DNA of 60,544 nucleotides, counting the filler. It is 4 parts of 4 records of this genome, joined end to end, with 100 filler letters (N's around TTAATTAATTAA, not from the genome) between each part and the next. Parts side by side here need not be neighbours in the genome. Positions count along the whole stretch, not along the records: positions 1 to 19,466 come from DRR723986_9109; 3 more parts are not named here. One strand, written 5' to 3'. Positions 1 to 8,802 of the stretch are shown piece by piece (the first letter of the stretch is position 1; the number at the start of each line of letters is the position of its first letter). The notes below the pieces were generated by a model. It had not been told where the DNA came from. It saw only the letters and a program-made list of their open reading frames with translations, and did no database searches. Position numbers and translations under genes: made by a program.

Positions 1-318
1 GCATCCCGTAGCGTCTGAATTCCGGCTAACTGTCGATTGCTCAATTAAACGCGTTGCCCACTAGAGACTTTGCACGGGCTAAATAACTTCCAGCTGCAAA
101 TACAAGAGCTAACAAAAAAGAAAAAAGTAAGCCACCAAACGCAGTGGCGGGGGCGAAGCGCTCATGCCTATATCAATCTGTTTAACAAAGTTGTGCTTAA
201 CAGAGTCAGGTGTTCAATGCTGCCAGACAAGTCGATGGTGATTGGTGAATCCGGCAATCGCAATTAACAGAGCATGTACGCCGCAGGTGAAATAAACACA
301 ATTTCACAAGAAAGGGTT

Positions 319-355
319 TAAAAGCAACAAGCCTTCACCGAAGTAAAGGCTTGTT
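319..355 (-). terminator. Probable intrinsic terminator of the CADD-family gene
   Basis: 10-bp stem AACAAGCCTT(326-335)/AAGGCTTGTT(346-355), followed on the minus strand by GCTTTT, about 30 nt after the stop codon. Confidence 0.6.
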
Positions 356-382
356 AACTTTAGCAGGACGTCAAGGCGCAAT

Positions 383-1081
383 TTAGTTATTGCTGACGTC
401 GTAGTTGTTCGTGCAGTAATTTTCGTACACACCGTCCAGGAGCAAGTTAAATGCGTCGGCGGCTTCACGTGTAGCATCGAGGGCGGCTTCTTTTTCGGCA
501 TCCGTTTTACAGAGGCGTTCGAGAGCTTCGCGGGCTACTTTACTGTGAATGATATCGGCTTCCATGTGTACGTCAAAGAAGATCGTGCCATTTTCCGATG
601 TGATATCGTAGTGCTTTTTAAGGCCTTCTACTTTTGTTTCGGAAACAGCTGGGAACTGGGACTCGTAGGCGTAGAGGGAGGCGAGGCCCTCGGCAGGATT
701 ATCGCGTTTGGCAAGTTCGCGCAGGAGCGTAACTGAGGCACGCGTCTGACGCAAATATTTGTGATTGAGCATTTCTTCACGCGTCAATCCAAGGGACTCA
801 CCAAAACGCAACCACAATTCAGGGTGGTTGTCCGGCCCTTGCTCTTCTTCTACAAGGTTTTCGAGCAGCATCTGGCGCACTACCATGTCATCACAATTGG
901 AGTGAATTGCACTGACGTAAGTTGGGAAGTAGCTTACCTGAAGGTAGTATTCTTTTGCGTACTCACGCAGAGTTTCGAGTGTAAGTTCGCCACGGTTCCA
1001 CATTTGATAGAATGGATGTGAAAGCAGGTGGCGTTCATTGATAATGCCATCAATGCGCTCGAGAAATTCTTGTCCGGTCAT
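383..1081 (-). CDS. CADD-family heme-oxygenase-like dimetal oxidase (TenA/PqqC fold), putative self-sacrificing p-aminobenzoate synthase
   Basis: Motifs HPFYQMW, LLENLVEEE, NHPELW, YAYESQ and VHMEADIIHS. Residues Y25, E79, H86, E140, K150, H172, D176 and H179 match the recalled Chlamydia CADD residues at a constant offset of 2. Confidence 0.85.
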   Translation of the reverse strand: MTGQEFLERIDGIINERHLLSHPFYQMWNRGELTLETLREYAKEYYLQVSYFPTYVSAIHSNCDDMVVRQMLLENLVEEEQGPDNHPELWLRFGESLGLTREEMLNHKYLRQTRASVTLLRELAKRDNPAEGLASLYAYESQFPAVSETKVEGLKKHYDITSENGTIFFDVHMEADIIHSKVAREALERLCKTDAEKEAALDATREAADAFNLLLDGVYENYCTNNYDVSNN

Positions 1082-1231
1082 TCAGGACTCCAACAAATTT
1101 ATCGCAGAAATACGTAGAAAATCAGCTTCACTTTGATTGCGCAAAAATACAAATTATACGTAACTTTGTGCCAATATTTTTTAGAAGGCGATTCTTCCAA
1201 CGGAAAGAATGAATTTTTGAAGGTGTTTTGC

Positions 1232-1549
1232 ATGACAACGCCGGAATATAACACGAACCATCAGATATACTTTTCAGACGACATCGTGGAAGCCCCTCTG
1301 GTTGAAGAGGCGGTCGATATAGGCCTGATTGGCAAAGTGATTCTGTTCAACGATGAGTGGCACACCTTTGAAGAGGTGATTGAGCAGATCATCAAAGCGA
1401 CCGGCTGCAGCATGGGGCGTGCAGAGTTTTTGACGTGGCAGGTGCATTCGCAGGGCAAAGCGAACGTATACGAGGGTGATTTTGGCGAGTGTGTGCGCGT
1501 TAGCGGCGTGCTGGAAGAGATCAGCCTGCGTACGCATATCGAAGTCTAG
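1232..1549 (+). CDS. clpS: ATP-dependent Clp protease adaptor ClpS-family protein
   Basis: VILFNDEWHTFEEVI and VHSQGKANVYEG motifs; start taken at the internal ATG 1232. Confidence 0.85.
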   Translation: MTTPEYNTNHQIYFSDDIVEAPLVEEAVDIGLIGKVILFNDEWHTFEEVIEQIIKATGCSMGRAEFLTWQVHSQGKANVYEGDFGECVRVSGVLEEISLRTHIEV

Positions 1550-1758
1550 AAAGTGCTTCAGTGGCAGTGCTGGGCCGTTTTACGGGGTCTGCCGACAATC
1601 AGGCGATTGCTGCCTGGAATCATTGAGATAGTTGTGAGCCTGCAGACACAGACGGTGTTTGGTTCAGTTGCGAAAGGGAAGTCCACCATTCCCGTGGCGA
1701 GAGCTAGTTTCCTAGCGGCCAGATTATCCTGCCAATCCCAAGAAAAAAAGCATTGGTT

Positions 1759-2241
1759 TCAATTGATGATGCGATCCGGATCGACCGCCCCGCGTGTGAT
1801 GCGTTGGCCGTCGATGTCACTACCGTCGAGCGTCTCGTCTGCAATAATGTCATCGGCAGCATTTGTTTCTGATTGTGTTTGTTCTGTGAGCGCATCGAAG
1901 TTGAGCACGATTTTATCGCCACAGGTGCATTCAACCAGGATGCTGGAAATTTCGCCGTTGGGATCACGTTCTACGCTGACTGTACCGCCTTTGTGTTCGG
2001 GGGCTTGAGACTCTTCGTCGGTGCGTACGTTGGCAATTTCAACGCGTTCGCCGGTGTTGGCGACGTCTTCTGCGCGAATGCGGCTCTGGGTGCCGTGAGT
2101 GCGGCTGCGGCCGGAAATGCGCGGTGCGAGCAAGTAATCACGGAAGTGGGCCTTCCGGCGCTCTTCCTCTGATTCCTGCGAAAAGACGTCTGGGTCGATT
2201 TCCGGTGCGGCTTGCTCGTTGAAGTTCTGTTCGTCCTGCAT
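1759..2241 (-). CDS. Hypothetical acidic protein with a VECTCG (CxCG) beta-strand motif, directly downstream of cheB
   Basis: 160-aa ORF with CAGGA RBS-like sequence upstream, co-oriented with the che cluster. Confidence 0.7.
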   Translation of the reverse strand: MQDEQNFNEQAAPEIDPDVFSQESEEERRKAHFRDYLLAPRISGRSRTHGTQSRIRAEDVANTGERVEIANVRTDEESQAPEHKGGTVSVERDPNGEISSILVECTCGDKIVLNFDALTEQTQSETNAADDIIADETLDGSDIDGQRITRGAVDPDRIIN

Positions 2242-2380
2242 AGTCGAATGTATTTCCTGCTGTGATATTCAAGGGTGGTCTGCATGCCGAGCTTTGGGGA
2301 TGGCAGCGCAGTGCACAGGCTTGCGGATAGGCTTGCAAGCACGTCACATTTGCCAGGGATTGCTCACGTGGCTGGTGTTT

Positions 2381-3595
2381 TTAGCCATGTTTGGCTTTGA
2401 CGGCGTGCAGGCCCATGCAGCTTGCCATAGCTTCGGGCAGTTCTTCCAGCGAGTGAATCTCATTGGCGATTCCCGCATCGACAACGGCTTTGGGCATACC
2501 ATAGACAACACAACTTTCTTCATCCTGTGCCAGGATGTAAGCGCCGCGTTTGCTGGATTCAATCAGGCCGTCACGACCGTCATGGCCCATGCCTGTCATG
2601 ATCACACCCAAAATGTGCCCGCCAAATTGACGGTTGACGGATGCGAGTGTGACGTCGACCGCTGGTTTATAGAGACTATCGGCAGGTTCATCCAAAATCT
2701 TGATGGTGCGGCTATCACGACCGATGGCCATATGGCGTCCACCGGGAGCTACGAGGACTTCACCGGCCTTGAGAACATCGCCATGCGCGGCTTCACGCAC
2801 GTTGAGGTGCGCAAGGTAGTTCAGGCGGTCGGCTAGTGACTTTGTGAAGTGCGGCGGCATGTGCTGAACGATAACGATCGGCACTGGAAAATTTGCCGGC
2901 AGGTGCGGAATTACGGAGTGCAGCGCAATTGGGCCACCAGTAGAAACACCGATGAGCATTAGATCATAAAACGACTGTGCGGGGCGCGGAGCTTTTTTTA
3001 TCTGCGCTTTGCTGGAGTTTGCACCACTTGAACGAGGCGCCGCCGCAGCGGCGGAACCATCGGATGTCTTTGGGCCTATTTTGCCTTGCTTGCGCAGCTC
3101 TATGCGTTCGCGCAGGCTCAGGGCCGGCGCGGAACTCGATGCGTTTGCGCTGGTTTTCTTGAGGCGCATACGCGCTCGCAGCAGGCGATTATGTGCGACA
3201 CTTTTGACCTTGGTCAGGAGTTCGTCACGCATGGATTCAAAACCGGGGCCGTGCGAGCCGCCTTTTTTGGGCAGGAAGTCCACAGCTCCGTGCTCAAGAG
3301 CCTCCATGGTGGCGCTGGCCCCCTCACTGGTAAGGCTGCTGATCATGATTACCGGAACGGGGTTCTCCTTCATGATAAGCTTAAGCGCTTCCAGGCCGTT
3401 CATGATCGGCATTTCTACGTCCATGGTGACTATATCTGGATCGAGTTCGCCGACCATTTTGGCCGCATCTTTGCCGTTTTTGGCTTCGCCAACGATTTCA
3501 ATTTCATCATCGGAATTGAAGATCGTACGAATAGCACGGCGCATGAAGATAGAGTCGTCCGCTATCAGAGCACGAATTTTAGTTGGTTTCTTCAC
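2381..3595 (-). CDS. cheB: Chemotaxis response regulator protein-glutamate methylesterase
   Basis: N-terminal REC domain; GVSTGGP, VQHMP and TGMGHDG catalytic motifs; VYGMP. Confidence 0.96.
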   Translation of the reverse strand: MKKPTKIRALIADDSIFMRRAIRTIFNSDDEIEIVGEAKNGKDAAKMVGELDPDIVTMDVEMPIMNGLEALKLIMKENPVPVIMISSLTSEGASATMEALEHGAVDFLPKKGGSHGPGFESMRDELLTKVKSVAHNRLLRARMRLKKTSANASSSAPALSLRERIELRKQGKIGPKTSDGSAAAAAPRSSGANSSKAQIKKAPRPAQSFYDLMLIGVSTGGPIALHSVIPHLPANFPVPIVIVQHMPPHFTKSLADRLNYLAHLNVREAAHGDVLKAGEVLVAPGGRHMAIGRDSRTIKILDEPADSLYKPAVDVTLASVNRQFGGHILGVIMTGMGHDGRDGLIESSKRGAYILAQDEESCVVYGMPKAVVDAGIANEIHSLEELPEAMASCMGLHAVKAKHG

Positions 3596-3663
3596 AAATA
3601 CTTATCCTATCCTGCTAAAAAGCTGAGGCTGTCAAGCCTGATATTGACGCAAGCACGTAGAGT

Positions 3664-5664
3664 TTAAATAACTTCGGTTTCCTGCTCGCGTACGAGCTCT
3701 GCAATGTCGATAATCATGATGACGCGACCATCACCCAGAATAGTTGATCCGGCGATTCCAGGCACGTGCCCCAGGTATTCACCAAGGGTTTTGATCACGA
3801 TTTCTTTTTGACCCTGGAGGTGGTCCACTACCAGGCCAATGCGATGTTCGGCGATTCCAACCACAACCACGTAGCGCTCCTGGCCCAAGTCGTCTGCATC
3901 ATCACGCGGAATGGAGAGGCTGGACTGCAGGCGCACCAGTGGTATCACCTGATCGCGAATCCGGATGACGGAATTCTTGTTGATGTGGTTGATTTCACAA
4001 TCTTCAGTCGCCACAACTTCAATAACGGAGTTCAGCGGAATTGCAAAAACTTCGGAGCCGACGGAAACCAGGAGGCCCTGAATAATTGCGAGTGTCAGGG
4101 GCAGTTTAATCGTCATCGTCGTGCCTTTGCCAAGCTCGGAATCGATGTCGATGATGCCTTTAAGTTTTTGGATGTTGGTGCGAACAACATCCATTCCAAC
4201 GCCGCGGCCGGACACTTTGGTCACTGCCGCAGCAGTACTGAAACCGGGAGCAAAGATGAGGGTGTAGGCTTCGCGGTCAGACATCATCATGGCTTTTTCA
4301 GCTGTGATGATTTTTTTGTCTACGGCTTTGTTCTTGATGACTTCGGGGTCAATGCCTTTACCATCGTCTTTGATGCGAATGACGATATGGTTGCCTTCGT
4401 GCTCGGCATCCAGCTGCAGCGTACCTTTGGCTGATTTGCCGTTTTTAGTGCGCTCTTCCGGCGTTTCAATACCGTGATCACAAGAGTTGCGGATCATGTG
4501 GACGAGCGGGTCACCAAGTTCTTCGATGATACCGCGATCCAGTTCGGTTTCTTCACCCGTCATCTTAAGTTCGATGTTTTTATTGGCATCGCGTGAAAGG
4601 TCGCGCACCATTCGCGGCGCTTTCTGGAAGAGTTTGGCAATCGGCACCATCCGCGTTTTCATGATCGCGGACTGCAACTCGGTCGTGATAAAGTTGATTT
4701 GTGAGCTGGTTTCGGCCAGTTCACGCACCAGATCGGCCGAATCAAATGTTTCGTTCAGCAGCGTTGTGATTTGCGCCAGGCGGTTGCGTCCCAGCACGAG
4801 TTCACCGGAGAGATCCATCAGACTTTCGAGGCGTTCAACGTCCACGCGGATGGTTGTTTCGACGTGAGGTTTACGCACCTCGCTGCGGTCCTGTTTGCCA
4901 TTGGCCTGCGCCATGGCTTTGGCGGGGGAGATGGAACCAGGGGCCTCTGCCGCAGGAGTTTCAGGTTGAGCTTGCGCCTCCGGCTGAGCTTCTGCTTCTG
5001 GTTGCTCTTCCGCCTTGGGGGCGTCGTCGGCAGCAGCGTCCGGCGCATCGGAGCGTTCGGTCCGCATGTCGCGGTCTACCTGCTCAAATGCCTGTTGCAG
5101 CATTTCCAGTTCTTCGTCCGTGAAGTCACCATCACCACTGGCGAAGTCTGGATTGTCGAGGACGCTGCTGAGGGCTTCGGTCCCGGCGAGTTCAGAATCA
5201 TCGATTTCTGGTTCGGATTTGTCCGCCCCGGAAGTTTGAGGAGGCGCTGCAGCGGGCGCAGGAGCGGCGACGGGTTTGCCACCGTTGTTGATCTGCGTCA
5301 GCTTCTCCATGGTTGCATCAAAATCAACCGGAGATGAGTCATTGTTGACGATTTTTTCTGCAAGGACTTTGAGCCAGTCATAGACTTCAAGGAGTACATC
5401 TACAATGGTAGAGTCCACCTGCAGTTCATTGCGACGCAGCTTGTTGAGTATGTCCTCGGCCTGGTGCGTAATTTTGGTAATCTGATCGAAGCCCATGAAG
5501 GACGAGGTGCCCTTGATAGTATGGAAGCTCCGAAAGATGGAGTTGAGCATATCAGGATCATCGCCACTCGTTTCAAGTGCCATCAGGTCCTGATCCAGGT
5601 TTTCGAGAATCTCCTGAGTTTCAACTATGAAACTGTCTAGGAGTTCTCTCATTTCATCATCCAT
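3664..5664 (-). CDS. cheA: Chemotaxis histidine kinase CheA (Hpt, acidic linker, dimerisation, HATPase, CheW-like; no obvious P2 domain)
   Basis: FRSFHTIKG Hpt motif, TIRVDVERL, HMIRNSCDHGIE, SGRGVGMDVV, C-terminal CheW-like domain. Confidence 0.97.
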   Translation of the reverse strand: MDDEMRELLDSFIVETQEILENLDQDLMALETSGDDPDMLNSIFRSFHTIKGTSSFMGFDQITKITHQAEDILNKLRRNELQVDSTIVDVLLEVYDWLKVLAEKIVNNDSSPVDFDATMEKLTQINNGGKPVAAPAPAAAPPQTSGADKSEPEIDDSELAGTEALSSVLDNPDFASGDGDFTDEELEMLQQAFEQVDRDMRTERSDAPDAAADDAPKAEEQPEAEAQPEAQAQPETPAAEAPGSISPAKAMAQANGKQDRSEVRKPHVETTIRVDVERLESLMDLSGELVLGRNRLAQITTLLNETFDSADLVRELAETSSQINFITTELQSAIMKTRMVPIAKLFQKAPRMVRDLSRDANKNIELKMTGEETELDRGIIEELGDPLVHMIRNSCDHGIETPEERTKNGKSAKGTLQLDAEHEGNHIVIRIKDDGKGIDPEVIKNKAVDKKIITAEKAMMMSDREAYTLIFAPGFSTAAAVTKVSGRGVGMDVVRTNIQKLKGIIDIDSELGKGTTMTIKLPLTLAIIQGLLVSVGSEVFAIPLNSVIEVVATEDCEINHINKNSVIRIRDQVIPLVRLQSSLSIPRDDADDLGQERYVVVVGIAEHRIGLVVDHLQGQKEIVIKTLGEYLGHVPGIAGSTILGDGRVIMIIDIAELVREQETEVI

Positions 5665-5716
5665 AACGCTCTCCCCAGTGTTAAGTCCAATAAAACATGC
5701 AAGTGCCGGCTAAAGG

Positions 5717-6808
5717 TCAAGAATTACCGAACAAGGCGTCGATATCATCCTGGTTAAATTGCGAAGTGTCGCCTGCGGTGTCAGACGCATTATCACTTGG
5801 CTTTTCCTCTTCAGGCTTTGGGCTACCTTGCTCAAACATTGAGTCAATATCATCCTGCGAAGCAGATGAATTATCTTCGGCAGGTTTTGCATCGTTTGTT
5901 TGCGCAAAGAGCGCATCGATATCATCCTGAGAAGCTGCTGCTGCTGCGTCAGAGGCACTGGGCGTTGCGGCAGGAACGTTGGCGGCCGGCGGCGGAGCCG
6001 CGGCAGATTGTCCCGCACTTTCAGGCGCTTGTGCATCGGCTGGTTTGGTCAGGGCTTCCACATCGATTCCCGCAGCTTTGAGTGCGTCAATGTCACCACC
6101 GGTTTCTTCAAAGGCGCTCAGAATATCCTCAACGTCATCCTGGCGCGAGGCATCGCGGTCCAGTGACGCGATCGCATCTGAATCAAAGGCGATTTCGCGG
6201 TGCATTTTAACGACGTTGCCAGGTTTATCTCCCGGCGCGGCCGGCGTAGCACCTTCGCTGTTTGCAGCCGCGGCAGCTTGGCCGGCTTCAAACATTCCAC
6301 TGAAGTTGGCAGCACCAAAATGCTTGAGGATCGTGCCCAGTTTCCCCTGGACGGTCATCAACAAGTGTTTAACGGCCGCAAGTTGTTGTGAAGTAATGTC
6401 CTGCACCTGCAGGGCCATCATGATCTGGCTGGCATCACTGCGCAAGCTATTGAGCAATGTCTCTGAATTGTCAACCAGTGGGGCTGCTGTTCCAGACTCG
6501 GCTTCATTCAGTTGTTTAACATTACCGCTGATGACGTCACATTTATACATGAAGCCATCAAGGATGTCCATGATTTCATTCGTAGCCAGTTCAGTTGCTT
6601 CCGTCACCTGTGAAAGTTGTTCCGAAGCGCGGGGCATTTTACTGACGTTATCTTCAATCGCTGCGTTAATGCCATCAAGAATTGGGGAGATTTCACGAAT
6701 GAAAATGAAAATCTCTTCCAGGAACGGAACGACTCTTTGCCCCAGAATAAAAAGTGCCTTGAGTTCTTCTGCTTTTGTCAGCAGAATATTAATGTCTTTG
6801 TCAAGCAT
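5717..6808 (-). CDS. cheZ: CheZ-family CheY phosphatase with extended multi-repeat C-terminal tail
   Basis: LSQVTEATELATNEIMD helix; ALQVQDITSQQL (DxxxQ catalytic motif); terminal QDDIDALF; lies between cheY and cheA. Start taken at ATG 6808. Confidence 0.85.
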   Translation of the reverse strand: MLDKDINILLTKAEELKALFILGQRVVPFLEEIFIFIREISPILDGINAAIEDNVSKMPRASEQLSQVTEATELATNEIMDILDGFMYKCDVISGNVKQLNEAESGTAAPLVDNSETLLNSLRSDASQIMMALQVQDITSQQLAAVKHLLMTVQGKLGTILKHFGAANFSGMFEAGQAAAAANSEGATPAAPGDKPGNVVKMHREIAFDSDAIASLDRDASRQDDVEDILSAFEETGGDIDALKAAGIDVEALTKPADAQAPESAGQSAAAPPPAANVPAATPSASDAAAAASQDDIDALFAQTNDAKPAEDNSSASQDDIDSMFEQGSPKPEEEKPSDNASDTAGDTSQFNQDDIDALFGNS

Positions 6809-6864
6809 AAGTACTAATCCGTCGCAACAGCAATCACGTAATGCGCCTAAACTAAGGCCTGTGA

Positions 6865-7224
6865 TCACATAAGTTTGTCGATTTTCTCCTTTAAGACGGC
6901 CGGAGTAAAGGGTTTAACGACATAGTTGTTTACCTTCGCTTGCAGTGCTTCCACAATGTCTTGTTTAAGCCCACGAGTTGTTACCATCAGGATCGGAAGT
7001 TTGTCAAGATTAGGATCGCTACGGATTGACTTCGTCAATTCCAGGCCATTCATATTTGGCATATTCCAGTCCGTGATCACGAACTCGATGTTTTCAGTGT
7101 GCAATTTGGCAAGCGCATCTTGTCCATCCTCGGCCTCGACTACGTCGCTATAGCCAAAGCTTTGCAGCGCATTAACCACGATTCGTCGCATCGTGGGCGA
7201 ATCGTCAACAACCAAAAAGCGCAT
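6865..7224 (-). CDS. cheY: Chemotaxis response regulator CheY
   Basis: LVVDDSPTMRRI, TDWNMPNMNG, YVVKPF; GGAG RBS. Confidence 0.95.
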   Translation of the reverse strand: MRFLVVDDSPTMRRIVVNALQSFGYSDVVEAEDGQDALAKLHTENIEFVITDWNMPNMNGLELTKSIRSDPNLDKLPILMVTTRGLKQDIVEALQAKVNNYVVKPFTPAVLKEKIDKLM

Positions 7225-7315
7225 CGTTATCTACTCCTTGCTTACAATGTGTGTACGGCGTCAGGCGGAAGTCCTGGGCCGCAATTTCTACGGGAATGAA
7301 AATTCAACTAAGATA

Positions 7316-7681
7316 TCAACTAAGATATTTGGAGACTTCGTACTGAATCTTCTTTGTATTAAAAGGTTTGATCAGGTACGAGTTGGCACCGAGGTCGATG
7401 CCACGCTGAATGTCGTCATTACTGGAAAGTGATGACAGGACAATTATCGGAAGATTTTTGTATTGCTCGTTATCGCGCACGGTTTTGATCAGTTCAAATC
7501 CGTCGATGTTCGGCATGTTGAGATCTGTAATCAGCAAATCAACGTCGTGAGTCGGGAGATGTTCAAGTGCTTCCATCCCATCATTGGCTGTTAACACTCT
7601 GAATCCGCGCACCTTCAAAGCGAGAGTAATGAACTTGCGTATCGATTGCGAGTCGTCGACCGCTAGAATTGTTTTATCCAT
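7316..7681 (-). CDS. cheY: Second single-domain CheY-like response regulator
   Basis: AVDDSQSIR, TDLNMPNIDG, YLIKPF; start taken at ATG 7681. Confidence 0.85.
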   Translation of the reverse strand: MDKTILAVDDSQSIRKFITLALKVRGFRVLTANDGMEALEHLPTHDVDLLITDLNMPNIDGFELIKTVRDNEQYKNLPIIVLSSLSSNDDIQRGIDLGANSYLIKPFNTKKIQYEVSKYLS

Positions 7682-7791
7682 GATGCTGAGTACCGCTATA
7701 ATTTGCTGATTGATTGTGTGTGTAACCTGGTTAACCGGCAAAGACCACTATAGATGGCGAAGGGTGGCACTGCCCTGCGGGTAATCCATCG

Positions 7792-8727
7792 TCATTCGCG
7801 TTTGTACGCGATAGTTTTCGGAAAATGGACAAGCTTAAACGCTTTGCTGATTCCATGTAAAGATTCGGAATACCCGATAAACAAGTACGCGTTATCCCCC
7901 AGGCTGTCAAACAAATTTGTGACGACCTGTTGTTTGGACTTGGCATCGAAGTAGATCAATACATTACAGCAAAAAATCAGATCAAAGTTGGCCATGCTGC
8001 GCATCGCCCGGGCGTCATAGAGGTTGAGGCTCATAAAACGCACCAGGTTGCGGACTTCCTGATTGAGCACAAATTTGTCGCGATCCTGCGAGAAGTATTT
8101 GCGCAGGTAGTGCTTGGGCATATTGCGCACAGAATACTCTTTGTAGACCCCCATGCGTGCTTTCTGCAAAACCTTGGAGTCAATGTCGTTCCCTACGACT
8201 TCAAAGCGCATATCTGGGTAGCGCGGTTTGAATTTTTCCAGGATGAGCATGGCCATGGTGTAGGGCTCTTCGCCGGATGAACATGCCGCACTCCACAGGC
8301 GCACTTTTTTTATGCCTTTCTTCCTGCGTTTCTCAATAATCTCCGGAAGAATGATCGATTCCAAAGCGTTGAACTGTGGTTCATTGCGAAAGAAGTACGT
8401 CTCATTAATCGTGATAGCTTCAAAAAGCGCCGGCATCTCCGTCCGAAGATTCGTCGGTGAAGATGCAAACTTCAGGTACTCTTCAAAGTTATTGAGTTTG
8501 AGTTCGGTAAGGCGGCGTGAGATACGTGCTTCAAGCAAGTACTTCTTAGATTCCGTGAAATAGATTCCGCATTGTTTGTAGATAAAATCACGCAAACGCA
8601 GAAACAGATCGGCGGACATCTTTCCGTCGTCACGTCCAACACGTGCCGCAGCTGCGCTGGTGGCAGCCTGGCGAGCAGGAGTCTTGGACTGTGTCTGTTT
8701 AAATTTGTTGAACAATCCGGAATTCAT
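7792..8727 (-). CDS. cheR: Chemotaxis protein-glutamate O-methyltransferase
   Basis: TINETYFFR, WSAACSSGEEPYT, FDLIFCCNVLIYFD. Confidence 0.96.
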   Translation of the reverse strand: MNSGLFNKFKQTQSKTPARQAATSAAAARVGRDDGKMSADLFLRLRDFIYKQCGIYFTESKKYLLEARISRRLTELKLNNFEEYLKFASSPTNLRTEMPALFEAITINETYFFRNEPQFNALESIILPEIIEKRRKKGIKKVRLWSAACSSGEEPYTMAMLILEKFKPRYPDMRFEVVGNDIDSKVLQKARMGVYKEYSVRNMPKHYLRKYFSQDRDKFVLNQEVRNLVRFMSLNLYDARAMRSMANFDLIFCCNVLIYFDAKSKQQVVTNLFDSLGDNAYLFIGYSESLHGISKAFKLVHFPKTIAYKRE

Positions 8728-8802
8728 TCAGGTCATCCCTATTTGTAGCATAGATTGGCGTTGGGACCAACAGTAATGGGCAGCGCGCCCGTATTCCCTT
8801 GA

